From NCBI GenBank assembly GCA_024226255.1, contig JAAELU010000422.1:2353-66352 (forward strand): a stretch of DNA of 64,000 nucleotides, in the 5' to 3' direction. This DNA is from a bacterium. Lineage in GTDB: Bacteria; Actinomycetota; Acidimicrobiia; Spongiisociales; UBA5794. Made by a program: the position numbers and the translations under genes. The notes below the pieces were generated by a model. That model did not search any database and was not told the DNA's origin. It saw only the letters and a program-made list of their open reading frames with translations. This document shows positions 47,270 through 57,741 of the stretch, piece by piece (the stretch's first letter is position 1; each line of letters starts with the position of its first letter).

Positions 47270-48502
47270 TCAGCCGGTCGCCATCTTTCGAATCGCGTCG
47301 AAGAGGTTCTCTTCCTGGGTGAACAAGTTGTGTTCGACCCGGGCGCCCTCAGTCATCGGCTGGGGACTCTTGAAGTAGTAGTTCAGGAACTCCTGGATTC
47401 CACCACGGCCCTTGCGGTTCGCCAGATCCAGCAGGCGAGCTAGATCGAGCACGATCGGCGCCGCCAGGATGCTGTCACGACATAGGAAGTCGACCTTGAT
47501 CTGCATCGGGTAGTCGAGCCAACCGAAGATGTCGATGTTGTCCCAACCCTCTTTGTCGTCTCCACGCGGCGGGTAGTAGTTGATCCGCACCTCGTGGGTG
47601 ATGTCGCCGTATAGGTCGGCATTCTTCTCGGGTTCGAGGAGCGAGTCGAGCACACCGAGCTTTGAGACTTCCTTCGTCTTGAAGTTGTCCGGATGATCGA
47701 GCACGAGCCCGTCGCGGTTGCCGAGGATGTTCGTTGAGAACCAGCCACGGATACCGAGGCGGCGCGACTTCAACCCGGGAGCCAGGATGGTCTTCATCAG
47801 AGTCTGGCCGGTCTTGAAGTCCTTGCCGATGATGGGAACACCGTGCAGCTCAGCCATCTCGACCAGTGCCGGAATGTCAACAGACAGGTTGGGAGCGCCA
47901 TTGGCATATGGCACGCCGGCGCGAATCGCCGCGTACGCGTATACCTGGCTCGGGGCGATGGCAGGATCGTTACTCTTGAGGCCCCGCTCGAAGGACGCCA
48001 GATCAGCATGGACCTCGGTCGGCTCGAGATAGGCCTCGGTCGAACCGCACCACACCATTACGAGGCGCTCGCCGTTGGCCCGGAAGGACTCGATGTCGTC
48101 AACGAGTTGATCCGCCATCTCCATCAGGTTGTCGCCCTGCTTGATGTGATCGGCGTCGGCGAGGGCCTTCACCCAGACCGGATCGAATACACCCGGAAGC
48201 GGCTTGATGGCGCGCAATTCGGATTCAATGGCGGCGAGGTGCAGCGGGGACAACACTCCCGACCGGGCAGCTACATCGTATGCCGACTCGTCGTAGACAT
48301 CCCACGCGCCAAACTCGATGTCGTCGAGGCTCGTCACGAGGTCAGTGACCGGGACTCCGTCGATGTCGCCATACTCGGTCAACGAGCCGATCGGCTTGGC
48401 GAGTCCCTTGCGCGACAGGATGATTCCCGCAATGAGGGTGGTCGACACGGCACCGAGGCCGGGGGTGAGGATGCGCAGCTTGCCTGCTGGAGCGTTGCTC
48501 AT
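47270..48502 (-). CDS. ino1: inositol-3-phosphate synthase (myo-inositol-1-phosphate synthase)
   Basis: 410 aa; blocks similar to mycobacterial Ino1 (GVPIIGKDFKTGQT, DSILAAPIVLDLARL). Confidence 0.8.
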   Translation of the reverse strand: MSNAPAGKLRILTPGLGAVSTTLIAGIILSRKGLAKPIGSLTEYGDIDGVPVTDLVTSLDDIEFGAWDVYDESAYDVAARSGVLSPLHLAAIESELRAIKPLPGVFDPVWVKALADADHIKQGDNLMEMADQLVDDIESFRANGERLVMVWCGSTEAYLEPTEVHADLASFERGLKSNDPAIAPSQVYAYAAIRAGVPYANGAPNLSVDIPALVEMAELHGVPIIGKDFKTGQTLMKTILAPGLKSRRLGIRGWFSTNILGNRDGLVLDHPDNFKTKEVSKLGVLDSLLEPEKNADLYGDITHEVRINYYPPRGDDKEGWDNIDIFGWLDYPMQIKVDFLCRDSILAAPIVLDLARLLDLANRKGRGGIQEFLNYYFKSPQPMTEGARVEHNLFTQEENLFDAIRKMATG

Positions 48503-48548
48503 TTGTGAACCTTTCGAAGCGCTAGATCAGAACGCTATCCGATCGCAT

Positions 48549-48566
48549 TTGTGCAGACAAGCACAA
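48549..48566. promoter_or_regulatory. inverted repeat TTGTGC-agacaa-GCACAA in the AT-rich divergent ino1/lysR intergenic region (candidate LysR-type or other regulator site)
   Basis: Perfect 6-bp arms with a 6-bp spacer. Followed by direct repeats CTGATGTAAAC / CTGATGAAAC, the second overlapping the lysR ATG. Confidence 0.4.
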
Positions 48567-48595
48567 CTATCTGATGTAAACTATAAGTTAATCTG

Positions 48596-49447
48596 ATGAA
48601 ACGCCCTGATCGATTCCAACTCGAAGGCCTCACCCTCCAGCAGCTGCGCTATTTCAACGCGGTCGCCGAGGGCGAGACGTTTGCCGATGCCGCCGACATC
48701 ATCGGAATCTCGCAGAGCGCTCTCTCTCAGGGCATCGCCCGGCTGGAGCAAGTTGCGGGCGCCCGCCTGCTCGAACGCGACGGTCGGCGGCGGCGCCTGA
48801 CCGACACCGGAGCGCTTGTCGCCGCCTATGCCCGCCGAGTGCTGGGTGAAAGCGAGACGCTGGCCAGTGATCTGGACTCTCACCGCGACGGCTCGGCCGG
48901 GCGGCTTCGTGTCGGAATGATCGACGCCGCGGCGTTGTACTTGTTTCGGGAACAGATCGCTGACTTTCAGCAGACTCATTCGGCGGCCGCGTTGTCAATC
49001 ACGGTTGCCGCTTCGTCCGTACTGGAGCAGCGACTCGTCGACTTTCGCGACGACGTTGCAATCCTCATCGGCCCTACCGAGCGGGTGACGGCTATCCCTG
49101 TGCTCACTGAACAGATGCACCTGTACGGAACCGGCCAGGACCCGAACGCAGGTCAATGGGCTCTGTACCCCTCCGGTTCGCGTACCCGAGACGCGATTGA
49201 CCTGGGGTTGGCCGCTAGAGGCATACAGACGCGGGTCGCGGTCGAAAGCGCCAATCCGGCCGTGCTGCGCGAATTGGCCTTGCTGATCGGAGGTTTCACC
49301 GTCCTGCCCGAGTCGGTGGCGGCTGCAGCGCTTGGACTCCCCCGCGTCGAATCGGACGTCGCCGCCCGCCCGATCGTCGCCGCGGTGCGCTCCGCAGCTG
49401 CCCCAAGCACCTTGGTTGAGACCTTCATCGCTGGCCTCCATATGTAG
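48596..49447 (+). CDS. LysR-family transcriptional regulator
   Basis: LQQLRYFNAVAEGETFADAADIIGISQSALSQGIARLE HTH; ~283 aa; divergent from ino1. Confidence 0.85.
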   Translation: MKRPDRFQLEGLTLQQLRYFNAVAEGETFADAADIIGISQSALSQGIARLEQVAGARLLERDGRRRRLTDTGALVAAYARRVLGESETLASDLDSHRDGSAGRLRVGMIDAAALYLFREQIADFQQTHSAAALSITVAASSVLEQRLVDFRDDVAILIGPTERVTAIPVLTEQMHLYGTGQDPNAGQWALYPSGSRTRDAIDLGLAARGIQTRVAVESANPAVLRELALLIGGFTVLPESVAAAALGLPRVESDVAARPIVAAVRSAAAPSTLVETFIAGLHM

Positions 49448-49485
49448 TCGGCGAGACCCGGCCGCGCCCAGTTAGTCTCCACCGG

Positions 49486-49983
49486 GTGAAGAAGCTTCTC
49501 ATCTTGCGCCACGCCAAGTCCGACTGGTCGGCGGGTCTTGCCGACCGTGATCGACCGCTCAACGCTCGTGGGCACCGCGCCGCGCAAACCATGGGCAGAG
49601 TTCTGGCGCGTATGGGAGAGGCGCCCGACTTGGTCATCTCTTCGACCGCGGCGCGAGCGGCAACGACTGCGCAGCTGGCGATTGAGAGTGGCCAGTGGGA
49701 TTCTGCGATCCGCTACACCGACGATCTCTATGCAACCTCCGTTCGCGGGGCGCTCGAGGTGCTGATGGGAGCCGACCCCGCGGCCGCGTCTGTGATGCTC
49801 GTCGGCCACGAACCCACTTGGTCGTCGCTGGTTGCACAGCTCACCGGAGGTTCAGTCGCCATCAAGACCGCCACCGTCGCCGCGATCGAGCTGTACGTTC
49901 GTGATTGGGCGGACGCCTCCGACGCTCACGGAGAGTTGCTGTTTCTCTTGCAACCACGCACAATCTCCCGGCTCATCGAATAG
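49486..49983 (+). CDS. histidine phosphatase family protein (SixA-like)
   Basis: [10 protein letters not shown] (RHG/RHA motif); 165 aa. Confidence 0.75.
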   Translation: MKKLLILRHAKSDWSAGLADRDRPLNARGHRAAQTMGRVLARMGEAPDLVISSTAARAATTAQLAIESGQWDSAIRYTDDLYATSVRGALEVLMGADPAAASVMLVGHEPTWSSLVAQLTGGSVAIKTATVAAIELYVRDWADASDAHGELLFLLQPRTISRLIE

Positions 49984-50000
49984 CTCCAGCAAGGAATCCC

Positions 50001-51038
50001 ATGATCGACCTTCGTTCCGACACGGTCACCCAACCCACGGCAGGGATGCGCCAAGCTATGGCGGCCGCCGAGGTCGGCGACGATGTGTACCACGATGACC
50101 CGACCGTTCTGGAGCTGGAGTCGACGGTGGCTCAACTCCTCGGCAAAGAGGACGCTGTCTACGTGCCCACCGGCACCATGTCCAACCAGATCGCCCTGCG
50201 TACCCACACCCAGCCTGGTGACACCGTGCTTGCCGCTGCCGATGCCCACATCGACAGCCACGAACTTGGCGCCGCCAACGCTCTTGCCGGGTTGACCATC
50301 CGCCAGCTTCCGGGAGAGCGTGGCACCTTTGAGGCGCACCAAGTCACCACGGCCTTTCCGGACCCACCGGCATCGATGCCCGCTCATCTGTTCCAGCCGG
50401 TGACTCTCGTGGCCTGCGAGAACACTCACAACGGAGCGGGAGGCACTATCTGGCCACTCGAACGACTCAACGCGGTAGCTACGGCGGCCCACATTGGCGG
50501 TGCTGCCGCTCATCTCGACGGTGCCCGTCTGTGGAACGCTTCGGCCGCGTCTGGCGTCAGCGAAGCCGCCTACGCCGCCGGATTCGACACGATCAGCGTC
50601 TGTTTCTCGAAAGGACTTGGCGCCCCCGTGGGATCTGCCCTGGTTGGTTCGAAGGATTTCATCGGCCGCGCCCGACGTTTCAAGCAGATGTACGGCGGTG
50701 GGTTCCGACAGGCCGGAGTGATCGCGGCCGGAGCCCTACACGCCCTCACCAACCAGCGGGAACGACTCGTTGAAGACCATGCCAAGGCCAGCCGCTTGGC
50801 AGCCGGACTGGCGGAGATGCCCGGAATCGACCTCGAGGCCGACCACGTCGAAACCAACATCGTTTATTTCGACGTGACTGTCCTGCTTGCTGCCCAGTTC
50901 TGCGACAGGATGTATGCCGCAGGTGTTGCCATGTTGCCGATGGGCCCGACGCGAATTCGGGCCGTGGCCCATCTCGGGGTGACAATGTCGGGAATCGACG
51001 AGACGCTCGAAGCAGCTGCAGCCGTACTCAGAACCTAG
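50001..51038 (+). CDS. ltaE: low-specificity L-threonine aldolase
   Basis: [14 protein letters not shown]-terminus, PLP-lysine block [12 protein letters not shown]; ATG 50001 with AAGGAA RBS. The upstream 32 codons of the listed ORF are rejected. Confidence 0.8.
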   Translation: MIDLRSDTVTQPTAGMRQAMAAAEVGDDVYHDDPTVLELESTVAQLLGKEDAVYVPTGTMSNQIALRTHTQPGDTVLAAADAHIDSHELGAANALAGLTIRQLPGERGTFEAHQVTTAFPDPPASMPAHLFQPVTLVACENTHNGAGGTIWPLERLNAVATAAHIGGAAAHLDGARLWNASAASGVSEAAYAAGFDTISVCFSKGLGAPVGSALVGSKDFIGRARRFKQMYGGGFRQAGVIAAGALHALTNQRERLVEDHAKASRLAAGLAEMPGIDLEADHVETNIVYFDVTVLLAAQFCDRMYAAGVAMLPMGPTRIRAVAHLGVTMSGIDETLEAAAAVLRT

Positions 51039-51568
51039 GTCGCGACGTCGGCACTGATCTCGATGTGAACCATCATTTCATTGGCCAGTGGTTCCAGCGA
51101 TGCAAGCAGATCACTGGCAGATAACTCGTATGGCGAGTGCAGCAGGGCGCGCGCCCGGAACAACATCCCTCCACCCATTGGGGAGTCGCTTGTCTCGGTG
51201 CTCAGTTCCGCAATGCTCACACCGCTGCCGGCAAGAGCATGAGAGATGTCATGAATGATTCCGGGATGATCCGGGCCAACGAGCTCAAGTGACAGCTCTC
51301 GATGGGCCTGAGTTTCGGGCTGGTCATCAACCTCGTGGACTGTGATCTCAAGCCCGTCTCTGCACAGCGGCTCCAAGCCGGCCCTGACCGCTGCCACCTT
51401 GGAATCGACAACGCTGACCATGACCACTCCGGCGAACTTGCCGGCCAGCTCGGCCAGGTAGCTCTTGTCCCAGTTGCCGCCGTGCTTCGCGATCACCTCG
51501 GAAAGGGAATCCACAAGCCCAGCTCGATCGTCGCCATATATCGTCAGAACCATGGTTGCCATGGTCAA
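51035..51568 (-). CDS. tandem ACT-domain protein (GcvR-like)
   Basis: Two ~70-aa ACT-like repeats (LTIYGDDRAGLVDSLSEVI; LELVGPDHPGIIHDISHALA). Confidence 0.65.
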   Translation of the reverse strand: MTMATMVLTIYGDDRAGLVDSLSEVIAKHGGNWDKSYLAELAGKFAGVVMVSVVDSKVAAVRAGLEPLCRDGLEITVHEVDDQPETQAHRELSLELVGPDHPGIIHDISHALAGSGVSIAELSTETSDSPMGGGMLFRARALLHSPYELSASDLLASLEPLANEMMVHIEISADVAT

Positions 51569-51611
51569 AGCCTAGGAGCTGGATGGCGGCCGCAGCGAAC
51601 CCGCGTCGCGC

Positions 51612-54600
51612 CTAGCGGAAGTCGCGTGATCGAACCTCCAGAACCGGCCAGCCTTCAAAACGATGCGACACCAGATTGGTAACGCCGTCGCGATACTCGA
51701 GCACTCCCTCGATGACCATCCCAACGGACTTGCGAGCGATTTCGTAGTTGGCATCCCACACCGGTGGCAGTACCACCACATTGAGCAGGCCGGTCTCATC
51801 CTCGAGGTTGAGAAAGCGGACGCCATTGGCCGTGCTGGGGCGTTGCCGATGGGTGATGAGGCCGCCGACCCGCGCCTTGGTCCCATGTTTGCGGAGGTTC
51901 AGGGCGTCGCGGATAGTCATACATCCAGATTCGGTGAGCTCATCACGAATAAAGGACACGGGATGAGTGACAGAGATCGATGTTGACCACAGATCGGCTT
52001 GGACCTGCTCGAAGCGGTCCATACCGGCAATCTCAGGTGGACGAGCCCCGGGAGCGAGCGCCAACCTTCCCGGCCCTAGCTCGGCCAACGCCCCCGCCGC
52101 CCATATGCCCTCGCGTCGGTCGAGCTCAACAGACCGCAGCGCTCCGGAGGCAGCCAGGCCTTCCAGAGCGTCCAGCGGCAACCCAGTTCGTTGCGCCATA
52201 TCCTCAGGCCCGCTAAACGCCCCACCGACCTGACGGGCGGCCTCGATCCGGGCGATCTCGGCATCACCGAGGTTGCGCACATATCGCAGCCCCAACCGGA
52301 CCGCGACCGCGGCTCGAATTGAATCGTCGATGGCACCTCTTCCCCGCCGCCATTTCATCCCCAAATACTCCGCGATGTCATCGCGGTCGACCTGGATATG
52401 TTCGACCGTGCAGTCGTACTCGGAGTAGTTCACATCTGGCGGCAATACGAGCACACCGTGGTGCATTGCATCATTGACCAGGGTGTTTGGGGTGTAGAAC
52501 CCCATCGGCTGGGCATTGAGCAGCCCCATCAGAAACTCGGCCGGCCAGTGATAGCGAAGCCAAGAAGCGGCGTAGACGATGTAGGCAAATGAAACCGAGT
52601 GCGATTCGGGGAATCCGAATGAGGCAAAACCTTGGAGCTTCTCCCAGATCTCTTCGGCGGCCGCACCGGTCACCCCATTGTTGGCCATGCCGGCGAATAC
52701 CTCGTCGCGCAGCTCTGCCATGGCTTCGTCTGAGCGCTTGTGCGTCATAGCTTGACGGAGCCTGTCCGACTGGCCGGCACTGAACCCGGCACACAGCCGA
52801 GCCAGTTCCATCAGCTGCTCCTGGAAGACCGGCACCCCCAGTGTCTTGCGGAGTATCGGTTCAGCCCGGGGATGGGGATAGCGCACCTCTTCCTCGCCGT
52901 TACGACGCCGCAGATAAGGGTGGACCGAATGCCCCTGGATGGGACCGGGCCGGATCAGCGCCACCTCGACAGCCAGGTCATAGAAGGTCTTGGGCTTCAT
53001 CCGCGGTAGCGTCGCCATCTGGGCTCGTGACTCCACCTGGAAGATGCCTACGGTGTCCGCCCGGGTCAACATGTCATAGATAACCGGTTCCTGCGGGATA
53101 GTCGCCAGATCAATGTCCACACCGTGGGCCTCCCTGATGGCATCGACCGATAGATGCAGGGCGTTCAGAGCCCCGAGAGCCAACAAGTCGAACTTGACGA
53201 TCCCCATCGCGGCACAGTCGTCCTTGTCCCATTGCAGTACCGAACGATCCTCCATCCGACCCCACTCCATCGGGACTACCTCCCACAGCGGTCGCTTGGC
53301 AACGACCATGCCTCCAGAGTGGATTCCAAGGTGGCGGGGGAAGCCATCGAGACGCCAGCACACGTCGTAGATCAGCTCGCTGGTCAGACCCTCGGGTAGG
53401 TCAAGCTCGTCGCGCAACGTCTTCGGGCTACGACTATCGAGATACTTGGTGAGCGCATTGACTTGTGCCTGCGTGAGGCCGAATGTCTTCCCAACATCCT
53501 GGAGCACTGACCGTGCCCGATAGGTGATGACGTTCGAAACCATGGCGGCCCGTTCCCGCCCGTACCGGCTGTAGCAGTACTGAATCACCTCTTCACGACG
53601 CTCCGCCTCGAAGTCGATATCGATATCGGGTGGGCGACCCCGCTCCGAGGACAGAAACCGTTCAAAAGGAAGCTGCAGACGAATGGGGTCGACCCGAGTG
53701 AGGCCGATGCAACGACAGATAGCCGAGTCGGCGCCAGAGCCACGGATCTGGCAATAGATGTCGCGGCTCCGGGCAAACTGCACAATGTCCCACGCCACTA
53801 GGAAGAATCCGGCGAACCCGAGGTTCTCGATCACCCCCAGCTCGTGGTCGATCCGCTCAATGGCACGGGGATCGATTCCGCCAGGCCCGTCCCCCGGATA
53901 GACCCGGCGGGCACCGTCGATGGCCAACTGGCGAAGGTATTCGTCCTCAGTAGTGAACGCCCCCGGCATTGGGAAGTCAGGAAGCTGCGGTGACAGCAGA
54001 TCGAGATCGAAGGCCAATTCTCTCCCCAGCTCGGCGGACCGTGACACCACCCCCGGATAGCGGGAGAATCGAACCGCCATCTCCTCCCCGCTGCGCAAAT
54101 AGCGCTCGTCGGTGGCAGGGCGGAACCCATCGGCGACGTCGAGACTGCGTCTACCCCCGATCGCAGCCAGGACTTCCGACAGATCAGCCTCGGTCCGGGC
54201 AACGTAGTGAACATTGTTGGTCGCCATCGTCGGCAGACCCAGGCGACGGGCCACCTCAACCAGCAGATCATTGCGGGCGTCATCTTCCGGCATCGAGTGG
54301 TGCCACAGCTCCACATAGAGCCGATCACGAAAGACATCTCGCAACTGAGCTGCCGCCCGCAGCGCTCCCTCGAAATCACCCGCTTGAGCCGCTCTGGGCA
54401 CTGCCCCCTGCCAACAACCGGTGAGCGCAACCAGGTTGCCATAACGGGATGCCGTCTCTAGCTCCGCGTAACTGTATTCAGGGGCGTCCTTGGCTCCGCG
54501 GTACTGCCCTTTAGTGACGAAATGGCTGATGGCGGCATAACCGGCCGGGTCTGGTGCCAGCAAGACCAGATGGTCGGTCGGCGGTTTCGACGTGGGTTTG

Positions 54601-54920
54601 GAACCGTGCATCCGCCGAATCCGGCCGCGCCGCGGTCTCTCGACAGGTGGTGTCGTCGGGACAGGCCGTTTGGTCTCTCGGGCCGCCTCGGCAAAGCCAA
54701 GCGGCATACCTATCTCGGTCCCGTAGACGACCGGCATCCCGACGCGCCGCGCGGCTTGGTGAACCTTGGCGGCTCCGCGGAAGCCGTCGTGGTCGACGAC
54801 TCCGAGGGCCTCATAACCCAGCTCGGCGGCGCGGGCCACTAGCTCAAAAGGGTGCGAAGCCCCATCTAGGAAGCTGTAGTTCGTGTGGCAATGCAGCTCG
54901 GCATATTGGACGTGCGTCAT
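51612..54920 (-). CDS. dnaE2: error-prone DNA polymerase DnaE2 (ImuC)
   Basis: 1102 aa; N-terminal PHP YAELHCHTNYSFLDGAS closely matches the mycobacterial DnaE2 N-terminus; polymerase III alpha core; SOS box 18 nt upstream. Confidence 0.85.
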   Translation of the reverse strand: MTHVQYAELHCHTNYSFLDGASHPFELVARAAELGYEALGVVDHDGFRGAAKVHQAARRVGMPVVYGTEIGMPLGFAEAARETKRPVPTTPPVERPRRGRIRRMHGSKPTSKPPTDHLVLLAPDPAGYAAISHFVTKGQYRGAKDAPEYSYAELETASRYGNLVALTGCWQGAVPRAAQAGDFEGALRAAAQLRDVFRDRLYVELWHHSMPEDDARNDLLVEVARRLGLPTMATNNVHYVARTEADLSEVLAAIGGRRSLDVADGFRPATDERYLRSGEEMAVRFSRYPGVVSRSAELGRELAFDLDLLSPQLPDFPMPGAFTTEDEYLRQLAIDGARRVYPGDGPGGIDPRAIERIDHELGVIENLGFAGFFLVAWDIVQFARSRDIYCQIRGSGADSAICRCIGLTRVDPIRLQLPFERFLSSERGRPPDIDIDFEAERREEVIQYCYSRYGRERAAMVSNVITYRARSVLQDVGKTFGLTQAQVNALTKYLDSRSPKTLRDELDLPEGLTSELIYDVCWRLDGFPRHLGIHSGGMVVAKRPLWEVVPMEWGRMEDRSVLQWDKDDCAAMGIVKFDLLALGALNALHLSVDAIREAHGVDIDLATIPQEPVIYDMLTRADTVGIFQVESRAQMATLPRMKPKTFYDLAVEVALIRPGPIQGHSVHPYLRRRNGEEEVRYPHPRAEPILRKTLGVPVFQEQLMELARLCAGFSAGQSDRLRQAMTHKRSDEAMAELRDEVFAGMANNGVTGAAAEEIWEKLQGFASFGFPESHSVSFAYIVYAASWLRYHWPAEFLMGLLNAQPMGFYTPNTLVNDAMHHGVLVLPPDVNYSEYDCTVEHIQVDRDDIAEYLGMKWRRGRGAIDDSIRAAVAVRLGLRYVRNLGDAEIARIEAARQVGGAFSGPEDMAQRTGLPLDALEGLAASGALRSVELDRREGIWAAGALAELGPGRLALAPGARPPEIAGMDRFEQVQADLWSTSISVTHPVSFIRDELTESGCMTIRDALNLRKHGTKARVGGLITHRQRPSTANGVRFLNLEDETGLLNVVVLPPVWDANYEIARKSVGMVIEGVLEYRDGVTNLVSHRFEGWPVLEVRSRDFR

Positions 54921-54937
54921 AGGAGAGACACACTACA

Positions 54938-54953
54938 TCGAACATATGTTCGA
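54938..54953. promoter_or_regulatory. LexA (SOS) box TCGAAC-atat-GTTCGA
   Basis: Perfect actinobacterial/Gram-positive LexA consensus TCGAAC-N4-GTTCGA, 18 nt upstream of the dnaE2 ATG (54918-54920). Confidence 0.8.
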
Positions 54954-54956
54954 TTG

Positions 54957-55604
54957 CTAGCCGGACCGAGGAGCGGCCACCACAAGAGTGGCTCCAGCAA
55001 AGTCGAACACCGAGCGCTGCGATCGATCGACTCTCATCAAGATCACGCTCGCCACATAGAGAACCGGCATCAACAGCACGTACGCCACCAGGAACAGCGG
55101 AGTCGCCCGCATGAACGCCCGGACCCAGTTCGGTGAGGCTCCCGTCTCCCGATCAACCACCGCCAACTGCATCATTCGTTTGCCCGGAGTCCGCCCCCAG
55201 GTTGCCGTGAAGCCAACCTCGTACACAATGGCGATCACCACAGCAAGCCACAGGTAGAGCGGATTCGTCTCGGTGATCGGCTCGATCACACCTTCAGCAT
55301 TAACTGCGTCAGAAGTCGTGAAAGCCTGGCTGAACAGGAGGTACAGGGGCAGCACAAGCAGCAGAATATCCGCCGATCTGGCGCTGATCCGAGCCCAGAT
55401 AGTTCCCTGCTCGTGGCTCAGAGCCTCGGCGGGGTCTGTCTTCAGCTGAGCCTTGGGCTTGGCCACGGCGACCTTCTCCCCCGGCGCCAGCTTCTTCTGA
55501 CGCGGCTTCGGCCCCCACTGCTCACCATCCCAGAAACGCTCCGTACCCGGGGGATCACCGTCTTTGACATACCAGCCTCGTGGTTGTGGTCGCCGCCGTG
55601 CCAC
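54957..55604 (-). CDS. RDD-family membrane protein with N-terminal DUF2510-like motif
   Basis: GWYVKDGDPPGTERFWDGEQW (GWYxDP...RYWDG.W) followed by an RDD transmembrane domain. Confidence 0.75.
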   Translation of the reverse strand: MARRRPQPRGWYVKDGDPPGTERFWDGEQWGPKPRQKKLAPGEKVAVAKPKAQLKTDPAEALSHEQGTIWARISARSADILLLVLPLYLLFSQAFTTSDAVNAEGVIEPITETNPLYLWLAVVIAIVYEVGFTATWGRTPGKRMMQLAVVDRETGASPNWVRAFMRATPLFLVAYVLLMPVLYVASVILMRVDRSQRSVFDFAGATLVVAAPRSG

Positions 55605-55610
55605 CGAGTA

Positions 55611-56348
55611 TCAGCGAACCTTCTGGACAACGTAGGTCTGACCCACGAAGTCATAGACGGAACGCCTCATGTCGTCGGCAAAGACCATGATGAGCGACGC
55701 CAAACCAATAAGGCCCGACAGGCCGCTGAGCGCGCCCGGCAACAAGCCAACTGCGTTCGGCAGCCACCGTTGGGCCGCAGTACCAAACCCAAGCGGTGTT
55801 TGTCCGTCGCTCTGGCGCACGATCTCGACGCCAACTGCCATCTTCCCCAACGTGGCACCCTTCAACGCCGTCATACCAACTTCGTAGGCGATTCCAATGA
55901 GGGCGGCGATGATGAGCTTGGTTGACGAAAACGAACCGGTGCCAAACGCATTGCTGGTGGCGCCGAAATCCACCTCGCTGAATACCAACGGAGCGGTAAC
56001 GATGCCCACGATGATGCCGTCCAGAAGACGTGCGCCGATGCGTGCCCAAGGCGAAGCCAACGTGCGGCCGTGTGGCGTCATACGATCGCCGGGTGCCCCT
56101 GCACTGGCCTGAGGCGGCGGAGCCATGGCGGAGCGCGTATCGGCCGACCACTCGGTGCCGGTCCAATAGCGTTCGGTTCCCGGCGCGTCAGTCTCTGCCT
56201 GGTACCAACCTGGGGGAGCATTCTCGGGCACTGCGGTCCTTTCCTCGTTCAGGGCATAGTAGATGACGCCCGCCAGATTTCGACTAGCCGTCGGCCCGTC
56301 AAACGGCGTAGGCTGGTTCCATGATCGAATTCTCAGTGAAGGTTTCAA
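55611..56348 (-). CDS. RDD-family membrane protein (tandem paralog), N-terminal DUF2510-like motif
   Basis: PPGWYQAETDAPGTERYWTGTEWS plus RDD domain. Start uncertain because it overlaps the divergent ACT gene by 28 nt. Confidence 0.7.
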   Translation of the reverse strand: MKPSLRIRSWNQPTPFDGPTASRNLAGVIYYALNEERTAVPENAPPGWYQAETDAPGTERYWTGTEWSADTRSAMAPPPQASAGAPGDRMTPHGRTLASPWARIGARLLDGIIVGIVTAPLVFSEVDFGATSNAFGTGSFSSTKLIIAALIGIAYEVGMTALKGATLGKMAVGVEIVRQSDGQTPLGFGTAAQRWLPNAVGLLPGALSGLSGLIGLASLIMVFADDMRRSVYDFVGQTYVVQKVR

Positions 56349-56695
56349 ACCGCCCGGGCCAACTCGCCACCCTTTCTCGTGAGATGGCTACCGCCGGAGT
56401 CAATATCGAGGCGCTCGCGGCCATCACTCTGGGAGATGAAGGATTCGTCAAACTCGTCGTCGACAACGAGGTAGCCGCGCGCCGCGTGCTCAACGATGCC
56501 GGCATGAGCTTCGAGGAGCGGCGGGTCATCAGCGCCGTCCTCCATGACGAGCCTGGAGTGCTCGCCGACATGGCTGAGGCGCTGTCAAACACCGGCGTGA
56601 ATATCGAAGCCATGTACCTCCTTCACTCCTCCGCCGAAGGCCTGCACTTCGCCGTCGCGGTCGATGACCACGAGACGGCTCGGGCTCACCTCTAG
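56321..56695 (+). CDS. ACT-domain protein
   Basis: 124 aa with two half-ACT repeats (SVKVSNRPGQLATLSREMA; AVLHDEPGVLADMAEAL). Confidence 0.7.
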   Translation: MIEFSVKVSNRPGQLATLSREMATAGVNIEALAAITLGDEGFVKLVVDNEVAARRVLNDAGMSFEERRVISAVLHDEPGVLADMAEALSNTGVNIEAMYLLHSSAEGLHFAVAVDDHETARAHL

Positions 56696-56721
56696 AAGCC
56701 GCCGCTGGAAAGGGTGACCTG

Positions 56722-57741
56722 ATGGGTCTTGGATTCGGGTTGCTTTCCGCCCAGCTTCGCCCCGGCGAGTCCAAGGACTGGGAACAGGCATACGACGAGA
56801 CGTTGCGCCTCACGGTGCACGCCGAGGAAGCCGGCTTCAGCTCCGTCTGGACCACCGAACACCACTTCGTCGACGATGGCTACATGCCGTCTCTGCTCGT
56901 GACCAGCGCGGCGATGGCCGCCCGCACCTCAACGATCGAGATTGGAACCGGGGTCCTGCTGGCACCGCTCCACGACCCCATTCGTGTTGCTGAAGATGCC
57001 GCCACAGTGCAGCTGATCTCGAAGGGCCGATTGACTCTCGGGCTTGGCCTTGGCTGGTCACCTGTCGAACTAGGCGCGTTCGGGCCCGGGAAACGCCATC
57101 GGGGCAGGGCCACCAGCGAGATCTTGCAGATTCTCCCCAAGGCATGGAGCGGTGACCCTTTCGAGCACAATGGCGATGTCTACCAACTCCCCCGCCTAGG
57201 CGTCCGGCCCACACCGCAGCGACCGATTGACGTGGTCGTTGGTGGCGGTGCCGAACCGGCAGTGCGCCGGGCAGCGCGATACGCCCAAGGGTTCTTCAGC
57301 AACGCTCCAGCCGACCAACTAATCCAACAGGTGCGGTGGGCCACCGACGAGATGGAAAAGATCGGTCGCGACCCACGGACGTTCCGCTGGCTCCACTACT
57401 CGATCATGTATCCGGCGGCGGATTTCCGACGCGGCTGGGACGTTGCCGGTCAGCACATCTGGCACCTCATATGGAAGTACGGCGACATGGTTGCCTCGGC
57501 GAGCCGACAGGGATCGATTCCCGCAGCACCGCTACTTACGCCCGATCGCCGTGATGACCTCAAGCAGAGGACTGTCTACGTCGGACCGTCAGAATGGATA
57601 GTCGAGCAACTCCTCGATCTCCGTGAGCGCGCCGGAGTACCCATCGACTTCATCGCACGCTCCTACCTCCACACGCTGCACTACGGCGCCCAGACGGAAC
57701 TGATGGACCGACTCGCGGCAGAAGTCAGCCCACATGTCTGA
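56722..57741 (+). CDS. LLM-class (luciferase-like) flavin/F420-dependent oxidoreductase
   Basis: SVWTTEHHF signature block, GLGLGWSPVE; 339 aa. Confidence 0.85.
   Translation: MGLGFGLLSAQLRPGESKDWEQAYDETLRLTVHAEEAGFSSVWTTEHHFVDDGYMPSLLVTSAAMAARTSTIEIGTGVLLAPLHDPIRVAEDAATVQLISKGRLTLGLGLGWSPVELGAFGPGKRHRGRATSEILQILPKAWSGDPFEHNGDVYQLPRLGVRPTPQRPIDVVVGGGAEPAVRRAARYAQGFFSNAPADQLIQQVRWATDEMEKIGRDPRTFRWLHYSIMYPAADFRRGWDVAGQHIWHLIWKYGDMVASASRQGSIPAAPLLTPDRRDDLKQRTVYVGPSEWIVEQLLDLRERAGVPIDFIARSYLHTLHYGAQTELMDRLAAEVSPHV

Noticed and set aside
45765-47277. Possible imperfect terminal inverted repeats (CCGGTTGAGACCTACGG versus the reverse-complement of CCTGTAGGTCTCGACGTTCAGCCGG) flanking the ATPase island
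   Set aside because: Only a 9-mer is exact. The right copy overlaps the ino1 stop codon, and its core forms a local hairpin AGACC-ccctgta-GGTCT that is better explained as an ino1 3' stem.
49153-49809. 218-aa minus ORF
   Set aside because: Antisense to lysR and sixA.
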